A stretch of 64,000 nucleotides of DNA from Pseudomonadota bacterium (GCA_046047875.1 JBJOHD010000098.1:219-64218); one strand, 5' to 3'. Counted from the first letter of the stretch, positions 29,549 through 38,632 are shown. Translations and numbers: made by a program. The notes: generated by a model from the sequence alone, not told the origin.

Positions 29549-29962
29549 ATGATGCTTGTTACCCGCGAGATCCACTTCAACGCTGCTCATCGGCTCCACA
29601 ATCCGGCGAAATCCGAAGAGTGGAACCGTCAGATGTACGGGCTCTGCAATTCTCCAAACTGGCACGGACATAACTATCGGCTCGAGGTGACCGTACGGGG
29701 CGATATCGACCCAGAGACCGGATACGTAATCGATCTCGGAGTTTTAAAGAGGATTTTAGAGGAGGAGATCGCTGTCGAATGCGATCACAAGAACCTCAAC
29801 CTTGATGTCCCGTTTCTCAGCGGTGTCATCCCGTCGACCGAGAATCTCGCTCTCATCTTTTGGGGGCGTCTCGAAGGGAAGCTCCCCCGCGGCAAACTAT
29901 TTTCCGTGAAGCTCTTTGAGACCGAGCGGAACTGGGTCGAATATCGGGGCCCGAACACATAA
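29549..29962 (+). CDS. queD: 6-carboxy-5,6,7,8-tetrahydropterin synthase / 6-pyruvoyl-tetrahydropterin synthase family
   Basis: 137 aa; Cx5HGH motif (CNSPNWHGHNY); N-terminal EIHFNAAHRL. Confidence 0.8.
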   Translation: MMLVTREIHFNAAHRLHNPAKSEEWNRQMYGLCNSPNWHGHNYRLEVTVRGDIDPETGYVIDLGVLKRILEEEIAVECDHKNLNLDVPFLSGVIPSTENLALIFWGRLEGKLPRGKLFSVKLFETERNWVEYRGPNT

Positions 29963-30070
29963 GAAAGATGCAAACGTGCCCCAGTGGGCCGGGGATACAC
30001 GCGTCAAACAACCTTGAATACGCGAAGGCTCCGCCGTTGTAGAAACCGGAGGATTCAGCGAAAATACACC

Positions 30071-30194
30071 GAGGACTAGTCCTTCAACAAATAAGTTTTT
30101 TCACTCCTGCGGAGTGAAAAACTAACTGAGGACTAGTGGTGAGCATAAATTCTAGTACCTTGCAGGTGAATGAATTTAATGGTCGAACCACTAG
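30071..30194 (+). repeat. MITE-like structured repeat, copy 2 (full length, ~124 bp)
   Basis: Imperfect terminal inverted repeats (ACTAGTCCTTCAAC ... GGTCGAACCACTAG); an internal perfect 11 bp hairpin TTTTTCACTCC-tgc-GGAGTGAAAAA; a second inverted pair ATAAATTC...GAATTTAAT. Confidence 0.8.
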
Positions 30195-30210
30195 AGAGCG
30201 CAAAGTTTAT

Positions 30211-31221
30211 ATGCCGCAAAAGAAAAAATCAGCTACCACGAAAAAAGCCCGAGATCCGGAGCTCTACCTCCACCATCACAACGGAGGAAAGAAGCCGAAG
30301 CTCGACCGCTCGTTCGACGCTGAGTTTCGTCCATCGAAAAAATATTACGCGTCGCTTCCCGACATGATGCTCGCTGAGCACGCGATTCAAGGGGCGAACG
30401 TCCCGATTCATCAAGTTGGTGTCTCAAATTTCAAACTCCCGCTCTCTTTTGCGCGCCGACACGGCCGGGCGTGGCTTCTTGAGGCGGCGGTCACCGGTTC
30501 GGTTTCGCTCCAGGCGAATATCAAAGGGATCAATATGTCCCGTATCGTTCGGAGTTTTTACGATCATCGCGCGGAGACGTTTTCCCTCGATACTCTCACA
30601 GCTATACTCGAGACGTACCGAAAGAAGGTTGGGAGCCTCGATGCCCGCCTCAAAGTGCAGTTTTCGTATCCGATTCTGCAAACGAGTCTCCGGAGCAATC
30701 TGAAGGGATATCAGTTCTACCGTTCGATCTACGAAGCGACGATCGATCGGAGGAACCGGGTGCGCCGTTTCATTACCTTTGACTTCGTCTATTCGTCGGC
30801 GTGTCCGTGCTCAGCCGAGCTCACCGAGCATGCGCGGGATACCCGGGGCCGCTACGGCATCCCCCACTCCCAACGGAGCAAGGCGCGCATTCGTCTCGAG
30901 ATCGCTCCAGGAAAAAAATTATGGATAGAAGACCTACAGGAGCTGTGTCTCGAGGCGCTTAAAACCGAGACACAGGTCATGGTCAAGCGCGAGGATGAGC
31001 AGGCTTTTGCAGAGATGAACGGCGCTTACATAAAGTTCGTAGAGGATGCGAGTCGGCTCCTCTTCGGTGTCCTCAACCGCGATAAGCGGATTCGTGATTT
31101 CGAGATAGCATGCTCCCATCTTGAATCGCTTCACTCCCACGATGCGGTAGCGGCGATCTGCAAGGGTATCCCCGGGGGCTTCACCGCCGACTTCACCGAC
31201 TTTAACGGGCTCGTCTGCTAG
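30211..31221 (+). CDS. folE2: GTP cyclohydrolase FolE2/MptA (GTP cyclohydrolase IB)
   Basis: [30 protein letters not shown] fits the FolE2 N-terminal region; a Cys-containing SSACPCSAE motif. The ATG at 30211 is preferred because the longer ORF start (30136) lies inside repeat copy 2. Confidence 0.6.
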   Translation: MPQKKKSATTKKARDPELYLHHHNGGKKPKLDRSFDAEFRPSKKYYASLPDMMLAEHAIQGANVPIHQVGVSNFKLPLSFARRHGRAWLLEAAVTGSVSLQANIKGINMSRIVRSFYDHRAETFSLDTLTAILETYRKKVGSLDARLKVQFSYPILQTSLRSNLKGYQFYRSIYEATIDRRNRVRRFITFDFVYSSACPCSAELTEHARDTRGRYGIPHSQRSKARIRLEIAPGKKLWIEDLQELCLEALKTETQVMVKREDEQAFAEMNGAYIKFVEDASRLLFGVLNRDKRIRDFEIACSHLESLHSHDAVAAICKGIPGGFTADFTDFNGLVC

Positions 31222-31230
31222 GGGAAAACG

Positions 31231-31938
31231 ATGCGAAGTAAAGTTGCGCTCGTAACGGGAGCAGGCCGGGGGATCGGGAGAGCTGTGGCGCTCGCCCTCG
31301 CAGAAGACGGGTATCGGGTAGCGCTCGTCGCCCGGTCGGGTACCGAGCTCGAGCAGGTGGCGCGAGAGATCTCGCCAGCGCTTGAGACATCACGGGTGCG
31401 CCTTTTCCCCGGCGACGTATCGGAGGCGGCGCTCGCGCCGAGGATAGTGGACGAACTCGTCGCCGCATGGGGGGGAGTGGACATCCTCTTTAACAACGCA
31501 GGGGTCAATCCGAAAGGGAGCTTAGAGCTCTCAGTAAACGATTTTGAACAGATGCTCGCGGTAAACGTGACGGGAGCTTTCTCGTTCGCAAAAGCGGTCG
31601 TTCCGATCTTTAAACAGCAAAGCCGCGGTTATCTCTTCAATATCTCCTCGGTGTGCGGTAAACACGGATTCCCCGGTGTCGGGGGGTATACCGCCTCTAA
31701 ATTCGCGGTCCTAGGGCTCTCTGAATGTCTTTACCGCGAGCTTCTTCCTCTGGGAATCTCAGTCACCGCGATCTGTCCGAATTGGGTCGATACCGCGATG
31801 GCGCACCATTCGCCGGTAGCGCCCGGAGATCGCATCCAAACCGACGACCTGGTTAAAACGGTGCGGTACCTCTTGAGTCTCGGAAAGGGTGCCACGGTGC
31901 GGGAGATCGTCGTGGACTGCCGGTACGACCCGCTGTAA
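31231..31938 (+). CDS. SDR family oxidoreductase (possible pteridine/sepiapterin-type reductase)
   Basis: VALVTGAGRGIG; NNAG; S...YxxxK (YTASK). It sits immediately downstream of folE2 and queD/PTPS. Confidence 0.7.
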   Translation: MRSKVALVTGAGRGIGRAVALALAEDGYRVALVARSGTELEQVAREISPALETSRVRLFPGDVSEAALAPRIVDELVAAWGGVDILFNNAGVNPKGSLELSVNDFEQMLAVNVTGAFSFAKAVVPIFKQQSRGYLFNISSVCGKHGFPGVGGYTASKFAVLGLSECLYRELLPLGISVTAICPNWVDTAMAHHSPVAPGDRIQTDDLVKTVRYLLSLGKGATVREIVVDCRYDPL

Positions 31939-32073
31939 TAGAGTTCGCTTCGGGGCTCGAACGCGGGCTCGTGCCAGAGAAAAAACCGGCAACGAAGCCT
32001 TTTGTTCACTGACCGCCATCACTGCGAAAACCGCCGTGTGAGATAAACTAAGCCCCGTGCCGTTTTACGGAGG

Positions 32074-33132
32074 GTGCGGTCGGTGCTTAGGGGGGCGTTT
32101 TACCTTCTTCTTGCGGGAGTCCTCTTTCTCTGTGGCTGTACGCCGCGCTCGACTAAAGTACAAGTGGGCGATCCCCCTTCGCGAGCTGAGCTTGAATCGC
32201 TCGCTGCGCCGATCGCCCTCTACCCCGACCCCTTGCTCCAACGGGTCCTCACCGCTGCCACATTCCCCGATCAGATCCTCGATGCAGCGCTCTTTATCGA
32301 GCGGGGGGGTGAACCGAGCGAGATCGCTCGAAAGCCGTGGGAGCGATCGGTGAAGTACGTGGCAAACTATCCGACCATCCTCACCTCACTCGCCGACGAT
32401 ATCGACCGCACCGTTCGACTCGGAGCGGCGTTTACCGAAAGCCCTGACGAGCTCCGAGATTGTATTCAGACCCTCCGTCGGCGCGCGGTCGAGCACGGAA
32501 ACCTTAAAAGCTCGGCGTATCAGACCGTTCTTGCGAGCGGACCTACCGATGGCGGCGCGACAATTCTGATCGAACCGACCGACCCCGCGGTGCTTTACGT
32601 TCCAAGAAACACAACAACGCTCATCTACGAGCGACCTATCGCGGATCCGGCTGCGCTCTTCCTGCCCCTCGCCACGTTCGGGCTCGGTGTTGCGCTCGCT
32701 GCCACACTCGATCAAGACGACTTTTACTATTACGGCGGCCCGTTTTACGGCCCCGGATTTTGGTACGGTGGGCCGATCTATCGCCGCTGGTACACCTATC
32801 GCCACGATCGCTGGAGACACGATTACGATTACGGAAGAGGTCACTACAGAGATTGGGGGAAGCACCGCCACGAGCTTCACCAAAAGCACTCCGACTGGAG
32901 GCACCATCGGGCCGCTGGTGGAGGCTACCATCGAAGCCAGGGGCCACCCCCCGATAGCCGCGCCTCGTTTCGCCCCGCACCCCACCGCTCCGATCGCTCG
33001 ACCGGGGCCCCCTCTCACCGTGGCGGCGATCGAGGGGCACGCGGCAGCTCACCCCATCGGGGTGGTCACGCCCACACCGGGAGCTCGAGCGGGCGGGGAT
33101 TCGGGGGGCATCGGGGTGGAGGAAGACACTAG
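32074..33132 (+). CDS. DUF3300-like lipoprotein with a His/Arg/Gly/Tyr-rich C-terminal tail
   Basis: Lipobox LFLCGC; LESLAAPIALYPDPLLQRVLTAATFPDQIL matches the DUF3300 N-terminal motif. The C-terminal ~130 aa is low-complexity (HRGG, YRHDRWRHDYDYGRGHY). Confidence 0.55.
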   Translation: MRSVLRGAFYLLLAGVLFLCGCTPRSTKVQVGDPPSRAELESLAAPIALYPDPLLQRVLTAATFPDQILDAALFIERGGEPSEIARKPWERSVKYVANYPTILTSLADDIDRTVRLGAAFTESPDELRDCIQTLRRRAVEHGNLKSSAYQTVLASGPTDGGATILIEPTDPAVLYVPRNTTTLIYERPIADPAALFLPLATFGLGVALAATLDQDDFYYYGGPFYGPGFWYGGPIYRRWYTYRHDRWRHDYDYGRGHYRDWGKHRHELHQKHSDWRHHRAAGGGYHRSQGPPPDSRASFRPAPHRSDRSTGAPSHRGGDRGARGSSPHRGGHAHTGSSSGRGFGGHRGGGRH

Positions 33133-33248
33133 TCCTTCGACAAACGAGTTTTTTCACTCCCGCGGAGTGAAAAACTAACTCAGGACTAGTGGTGAGCATA
33201 AATTCTATTACCTTGCAGGTGAAAGAATTTAATGGTCGAACCACTAGT
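33125..33248 (+). repeat. MITE-like structured repeat, copy 3 (full length)
   Basis: Near-identical to copy 2, with hairpin loop cgc; it ends ...GGTCGAACCACTAGT. Confidence 0.8.
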
Positions 33249-33380
33249 TAGCGTCTCGAGCCCGCCCCAGGAAGCGCCGGGGTGGCGCTTCTATCGGATC
33301 GAAATCAAGGATTCCAACGCCCACCAGCATCAGGTCCTCCGATGCGAGCGGGCCCCATCTTAATGAGGAGACGAACACGG

Positions 33381-33872
33381 TTAGGCTCCGCGGCGCACAG
33401 CGAACATCACTTTGATTCCAAGGAGGAAGCTCCACCAAAAAACGCTCTGCGCACCGGTCCAGAGCCATCCCCACCACCGATGCACAAGCGAATCGAGTTG
33501 GAGCGTGACGGTGGTTGTGCCGTTTTTCTCCTCGAGCCAGAACTGGAGCCGGGTCGGGCGAATCATCCTCAGAGTAATGATAGAACTACCGTAGAGGTAA
33601 TCCATCGAGCGGTACTCCGGTGCCCGCACCTCAGTGATAATCGAGGGGAGGTTCATGAACGGTCCGTGGTGGTTCGTGTATACACCGGGGGTAAAATCAG
33701 CGGGGCCCCCTTCCGTTACCGGGAGGAACTCGACCCGCCACGGGGGAAGGTTCCCTTTTGTAAACGTGTCGGGATTACAGAGCCACCCCCACACCTTCTC
33801 GCGAGGAGCGCTCACGGTGACTGAACGCTTTACGACGTGGGGGGAAAAGCCTGGGGGGATCGGTTGGTTCAT
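33381..33872 (-). CDS. SRPBCC (START/Bet v1-like) superfamily protein
   Basis: RSVTVSAPREKVWGWLCNPDTF resembles the N-terminal motif of polyketide cyclase/SRPBCC proteins; 163 aa. Confidence 0.45.
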   Translation of the reverse strand: MNQPIPPGFSPHVVKRSVTVSAPREKVWGWLCNPDTFTKGNLPPWRVEFLPVTEGGPADFTPGVYTNHHGPFMNLPSIITEVRAPEYRSMDYLYGSSIITLRMIRPTRLQFWLEEKNGTTTVTLQLDSLVHRWWGWLWTGAQSVFWWSFLLGIKVMFAVRRGA

Positions 33873-34015
33873 AGAGTTTTAAACTAACAAACAGGCGATC
33901 GCCCCGGAAGGCTTCGCCCCTTCCCTTGTAATCACCGTTGGTTATGTGATAACACAATCACCTGCATCCGGCGCTTTTTAATAACCCATTGGAAAGATTG
34001 CTGGTTTACGCAGAT

Positions 34016-34088
34016 GCCCAGGTAGCTCAGTCGGTAGAGCAGTAGACTGAAAATCTACGTGTCGGTGGTTCGATTCCGCCCCTGGGCA
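34016..34088 (+). tRNA. tRNA-Phe (anticodon GAA)
   Basis: GCCCAGGTAGCTCAGTCGGTAGAGCAGTAGACTGAAAATCTAC...GGTTCGATTCCGCCCCTGGGCA: a 7 bp acceptor stem, D-loop AGCTCAGTCGGTAGAGC, anticodon loop CTGAAAA, and a T-loop GGTTCGATTCC. Confidence 0.9.
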
Positions 34089-34170
34089 CATATCTTTCCC
34101 CCCCAAAAAAATCTCCCCCCCCCCAAGTTTTTCCCCCCAAATCTCCCCCCCCCAAGAACTTCCCTATCCT
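34089..34170. repeat. Homopolymeric poly-C/poly-A tract region with an 18 bp direct repeat immediately 3' of tRNA-Phe
   Basis: cccccccaaaaaaatctcccccccccaag...ccccccaaatctcccccccccaag: C7, A7, C9, C6 and C9 runs; aaatctcccccccccaag occurs twice. Confidence 0.7.
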
Positions 34171-34253
34171 TTTTCGCTGGTTGGATTGGGAGTCGTACCG
34201 CCAAGTCTCTGAGACTGTGCGGTGAAACCTCGTTATTTGATAGCGCTCGGGAT

Positions 34254-35273
34254 ATGCTCTCCCCGATGGCGCAGACCGACCCTGTAAAGCTCGTTCAAGA
34301 ACTCGCCGCACTCCCCGAGTGCGCCCCCGCGGTGATGGTCGTGTGCCCCGACGGGGTACGCCGGGAGCGGGTGGTCGAAACGCTCTTAAAACCGTTCACG
34401 AACACACGCGATCCCCTCGCGGTAAAAAGGCTTCGCGGGGAAGATCTCTCCCCCCGTGCTCTCGAGGAGCTGAAAAACGATCTCCTCTCGGTTTCCCTGT
34501 TTTCACCGAAACGGTTCTTCGTTATCCGCGATATCGAGAGAGCGACCGCCGCCGCCGCCAAAGAGCTCGCCGCGATTATCGAGACGATCCCTCCAGGCTC
34601 GCACGTCGTTCTCACCGCAGCCGAGCTCAAGACTACGAATCCGCTCCACAAAGTTTTTTCCAAAGCGAAACGACTCGTTGAATTCCCCCCTCTCGAGGGG
34701 CTCGATCTTAAGCGGTGGGTGCAAAAAGAGTTAAAAGCAGCGGGGCTCACCGAGATCGGCAGCGGCGTCGTTGAAACGATCATCGACGTGGGAGGGGACT
34801 CCGCCGAAACGATCAGTACCGTCATCGAGCGAACGGCGCTCTACCTCGACGGAGGGAAGATCGAGGTAAAAGATGTACGGTCCCTCTTTACCGCCGCCCC
34901 CGACCCGAACGAGTTTGCGCTTATCGATGCTATCGCGGCTAAAAACCCCGCGGGGGTCGAGGTACTGCTCCACGAACTCTTCGAGGAGGGGAAGAATCCG
35001 TTCCTACTCCTCTCGCTCCTCGGCCGAACGTACTCCAATTTTCTGGTGATAAAGCGGCTCCTCGATTCGGGGCGCTCGCCTGCGGATGTACGCCAGCTCA
35101 TGGGGATGACCCAATGGGTCTTCGACAAGCAGCTTCAAGGACTCCGCCGCTACTCGACCCCGCAGCTCGCGAAAGCGCTCGGCGCCATCGTGCGCGCGGA
35201 CTCGAAGCTGAAAAACAGATCGCTCGGCACCGATGAGGTAATCGGTAGTCTGTGTGCTGAACTGCGTCCGTAA
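34254..35273 (+). CDS. holA: DNA polymerase III subunit delta
   Basis: ~340 aa from the ATG at 34254 (the longer ORF start at 34059 overlaps the tRNA and the poly-C tract); length and composition fit HolA. The call is tentative. Confidence 0.55.
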   Translation: MLSPMAQTDPVKLVQELAALPECAPAVMVVCPDGVRRERVVETLLKPFTNTRDPLAVKRLRGEDLSPRALEELKNDLLSVSLFSPKRFFVIRDIERATAAAAKELAAIIETIPPGSHVVLTAAELKTTNPLHKVFSKAKRLVEFPPLEGLDLKRWVQKELKAAGLTEIGSGVVETIIDVGGDSAETISTVIERTALYLDGGKIEVKDVRSLFTAAPDPNEFALIDAIAAKNPAGVEVLLHELFEEGKNPFLLLSLLGRTYSNFLVIKRLLDSGRSPADVRQLMGMTQWVFDKQLQGLRRYSTPQLAKALGAIVRADSKLKNRSLGTDEVIGSLCAELRP

Positions 35274-35795
35274 CACTGACGCTCGCTTCTCTCGAGACTT
35301 TCAAATCGACTTCGCCGACAAGACGCGCGGTGTATTGCTTAATGCATAAGCGACCCCGCCGCTCTCAAACGGACCAGAGAGGTCCGGTTCCCCCGTAAGT
35401 CGAGCGCCCCCGAAGGGATAACCCGCCCGGTAAGAGCAGAAAGAGGGTCGCTGAGGATCGGAGGGCTTACCGACCCCAACGACGGACGATATCCCCCGCA
35501 CGGCTTTCGTACATGAACTATGGCGGCGCTCTCCAAACGAAACTGAGCGCAGGGCTTCACCGGTACGACCTCCCCCCTCTTCACACCGGGCCATAAGGTT
35601 GCGGCACCCCGCAGATTCCGAGCCCAGCTTTGGAGAGGACCCGTTAAATCACAATCGGTTCAGTACCTTAGGACTTCCCCTCCGCGCCCTAACGTGAAAT
35701 AGTTTTCCCCGCGGCGCGGCGTTTAAAACCGATGAAAAAACCAGCCGGTTTAGCCGATATAACCCCCGAACGTATAGCGTAGCTTTCACTTCTCG

Positions 35796-36830
35796 ATGGC
35801 CTCGACCAGATATCTTCTTCTCTCGCTCGCCCTTGCATTCTGCGCTATCGATGCGGCCGGTGAGATGCCGACACCCCCTATCTTTACCCCAACCGGAACG
35901 GTCGATGATTCCGCTAAGCCGGTGAACCTCACCCCACTTCCGAGCTCCGCATTCCGGGGGTGGGACTACCTCGTACAAAAACTCCGCGCAGATGGGGTGA
36001 ATGAAGAGACCCTTCGGTCGATCTACGCCGACCCCCGGATGCCGTTTTTCGGTCAGGTCCGTTTCGGACTGAAACCCCGCGAGTCGAAACAGATGTACGC
36101 GCCCCTTCTAAAACCGGAGAAACTCGAGCTCGGGCGTGAGTTCTTAAAGCTCCACGAAGAGAGCTTCGCCGCCGCTGAGAAAGAGCTTAAAGTGCACCGC
36201 ACCGTCATCGCGGCGATACTCCTCGTCGAGACCCATTACGGGAAAAACACCGGACGGGAGCTCGTTATCAATCGGCTCTCTCGAGTCGCTTCGGTTCGTG
36301 AACCCACCAATCTAATCCTGAATCACCGCCGTCATCTTAAAGATGATCCCTCGATAACCTTCGCTCAGGTGGATGCCCGAGCGGAGTACCTTGAGCGCAC
36401 GTTTTACCCGGAGGTGAAGGCGCTGCTCCAGATCATCGACGAGCAAAAGCTCGATCCGTTCGAACTCAAAGGATCCTCGGCAGGGGCGTTCGGTCTGCCC
36501 CAGTTCCTCCCCACATCGTTTCAGCGGTTCGGCTACGACGGCAACAAAGATGGCGCGATCTCGCTCTTTGACCCAACCGACGCCATCTGGTCTACAGCTA
36601 ACTTTCTCGCTCAAAGCGGCTGGAAGGACTCGGATACCCACGAGAACCACCGCGAGGTAATCTGGAAATATAACAAGAGCGACCCATATATCGACACGGT
36701 TCTCGCCATAGCGAAGTCGCTTCGCCGCCCCCCGCCGAAGAAACGGGGAAAGCCTGCGCCACCCCCCCGGGCTGCAGCCCCCGGGGCTGAACTCGCCTCT
36801 TTAAACCCCTCCCCATCTAATCCGCTTTAA
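35796..36830 (+). CDS. Lytic murein transglycosylase (MltB-like)
   Basis: Signal peptide; ...AAILLVETHYGKNTG... and ...AGAFGLPQFLPTSF... are characteristic of the MltB family. Confidence 0.7.
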   Translation: MASTRYLLLSLALAFCAIDAAGEMPTPPIFTPTGTVDDSAKPVNLTPLPSSAFRGWDYLVQKLRADGVNEETLRSIYADPRMPFFGQVRFGLKPRESKQMYAPLLKPEKLELGREFLKLHEESFAAAEKELKVHRTVIAAILLVETHYGKNTGRELVINRLSRVASVREPTNLILNHRRHLKDDPSITFAQVDARAEYLERTFYPEVKALLQIIDEQKLDPFELKGSSAGAFGLPQFLPTSFQRFGYDGNKDGAISLFDPTDAIWSTANFLAQSGWKDSDTHENHREVIWKYNKSDPYIDTVLAIAKSLRRPPPKKRGKPAPPPRAAAPGAELASLNPSPSNPL

Positions 36831-36860
36831 CATATCGATCTGGAGTGGTACGGTACCCCC

Positions 36861-37235
36861 ATGAACGCCGCCAAGAAGAAGATACTCGTAGTTGAGGACG
36901 ATAACGACAGCCGAAACGCGCTGTGCGCGATGCTCGATGCGCTCGGATTTAGCTACATCGGCTTCGCCTCCGGCAAAGAGGCTCTCGAAAAGATTAAAGG
37001 CCAGAAGATCGACTTGGCGCTCCTCGATATCATGATGCCGGAGATGAACGGGTACGAGGTCTTAAAAGCACTCAAGGCGATCCCGGAATTCAAAGAGATC
37101 CCGATCATCATGGTGACCGCGAAAGATCAAGACAACGAGATCCTCGAGGGGTACCAGAGCGGCGCCGACTACTACATAACGAAACCGTTTACCGCGAAGC
37201 AGCTCGACTACGGTATTCGTATCTTTCTTGCGTAA
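36861..37235 (+). CDS. Single-domain response regulator (CheY-like receiver)
   Basis: KILVVEDDNDSRNAL...LDIMMPEMNGYEVLKAL...TAKD: a REC domain with the phospho-Asp; 124 aa. Confidence 0.75.
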   Translation: MNAAKKKILVVEDDNDSRNALCAMLDALGFSYIGFASGKEALEKIKGQKIDLALLDIMMPEMNGYEVLKALKAIPEFKEIPIIMVTAKDQDNEILEGYQSGADYYITKPFTAKQLDYGIRIFLA

Positions 37236-37935
37236 AAACCCGCGGAGCACCTTCATGCGGATCGATCCCGCTCATTATAACTTTCCAAATCCCACCGGAT
37301 TCATCGTCCTTGAGGGGGTGAACGGGGCGGGAAAAACAACGCTCCAGCAAAAGATCGGAACGTTCGTTGCCGAAAGGGGGATTGAGGTCGTTACCACCAG
37401 GGAGCCGGGCGCTCCAGCGGTGGGGAACGAGATCCGCACGATCCTCCTTACCCCGCGCGGAGAGAAGCTCGCGCCGACCACCGAGCTGCTGCTCTTCGCC
37501 GCGGACCGCGCCGAGCATGTCGCCAAGCTTATACGCCCTGCGATCGCGCGGGGAGCTGCGGTGATCTCAGACCGCTATTACTATTCAACGATCGCCTTTC
37601 AAGGGTACGGTCGGGGACTGAACCGCGCCACCATCGACACGCTCAACACCGTGGCGATAGCGGGGACGAAGCCGGACCTCACCATCCTTCTCGATCTCGA
37701 CGCCGCCACAGGCCTTACTCGCACCCGTGGGCGGGGAGCCGCGGGAGAGCCGGACGCCCTTGAACACGAGGCGATAGATTTTCACAACCGGATCCGGAAC
37801 GGATTTTTAGAGCTCGCGGACAACCTTCCCGAGCCGTTTGTCGTTCTCGATGCTCGGAGATCCCCCGACGAGATATTTCAAGCGGTTGTCCCCGCGCTTG
37901 AGCGGTGGCTCTACAACTGGAAGGGGCGCGCCTAG
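37228..37935 (+). CDS. tmk: Thymidylate kinase
   Basis: P-loop VLEGVNGAGKTT; DRY motif (ISDRYYYS). Confidence 0.85.
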   Translation: MRKNPRSTFMRIDPAHYNFPNPTGFIVLEGVNGAGKTTLQQKIGTFVAERGIEVVTTREPGAPAVGNEIRTILLTPRGEKLAPTTELLLFAADRAEHVAKLIRPAIARGAAVISDRYYYSTIAFQGYGRGLNRATIDTLNTVAIAGTKPDLTILLDLDAATGLTRTRGRGAAGEPDALEHEAIDFHNRIRNGFLELADNLPEPFVVLDARRSPDEIFQAVVPALERWLYNWKGRA

Positions 37936-38008
37936 CTCCCGCTTTGCCGCGCAAATATTGACTCACCCCCCGCTCTCCCTGAAGATAATCGAAAAACACC
38001 TTGTGCGT

Positions 38009-38554
38009 ATGGGACCACACAGAAGATCAGAGGATCGACTTCTTGAGGGGCGGGAGCTTCCCGCGGAACTCGCTGAAAGATTTAAGGCGTGGGGTATCTC
38101 CCGGCAGGAGAGCGACTCGTTTCGTGATCGACTGTGGGGGACCTGCCCGACCGGCGCTGAACTTACCGCGCTCGCTGAAGCGAAAAATCCGTGGGCCGAA
38201 CTCGCATACTTAGAGGATCGCCCCCATCCCCCCCGACATCTGCAGGCCCGTCCATTTAAATCCTCTACCCCCAGCGAGGATGAACCGCTCACCCGATCGG
38301 CCCCCACCCAGGACGGAAAGCCCGAGGGAGATAGGCTCCTCCAGGAATCAAAGCTCCCCCCACCCCCCACCGAGAACCCCTCTGCGCTCGCTATCCGTGC
38401 GATGGGCGACCGAGACCTCCTCTCGTTCTATGAGGATTTTCGAAAGGCGTATCATCTCGATAGCCCGTTCGCGAACCCCACGCTCACGCTCGACAGCTCT
38501 AAACTTGAGATCTACGAGGCCTTAACGAACGAGGTTAAAATACGCCGGGGATAG
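38009..38554 (+). CDS. Hypothetical Pro-rich protein between tmk and holB
   Basis: ORF in frame from an internal Met; low-complexity and disordered; no motif. Coding status is uncertain. Confidence 0.3.
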   Translation: MGPHRRSEDRLLEGRELPAELAERFKAWGISRQESDSFRDRLWGTCPTGAELTALAEAKNPWAELAYLEDRPHPPRHLQARPFKSSTPSEDEPLTRSAPTQDGKPEGDRLLQESKLPPPPTENPSALAIRAMGDRDLLSFYEDFRKAYHLDSPFANPTLTLDSSKLEIYEALTNEVKIRRG

Positions 38555-38632
38555 GACGCCGTGAGCCCTTAACGATTCGATCCTCCTTATCGCTCCCATT
38601 TCGAGCGTTTTCGGTATAAGATCGCTGTTCTT

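Noticed and set aside
29313-29552. 79 aa ORF upstream of queD
   Set aside because: It overlaps the truncated repeat copy and the queD promoter region. Its composition is Arg/Cys-rich with no RBS, so it is likely spurious.
30136-30210. Longer start for folE2 ([25 protein letters not shown]...)
   Set aside because: These codons lie inside repeat copy 2 (the same sequence is non-coding at 33190-33250). The ATG at 30211 follows the element, so the later start is preferred.
34059-34253. N-terminal 65 codons of the 404 aa ORF assigned to holA
   Set aside because: This segment overlaps the tRNA-Phe gene and the poly-C tract. Its translation is homopolymer-derived (PPQKNLPPPKFFPP). The gene was trimmed to the ATG at 34254.
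35335-35660. Possible RNase P RNA (rnpB) because of the CGGTAAGAGC and AGGTCCGG motifs
   Set aside because: The two motifs are only ~40 nt apart instead of ~170 nt. The flanking sequence cannot form the P4/P10-12 helices, and there is no ACAGAACCCGGCTTA-like 3' element.
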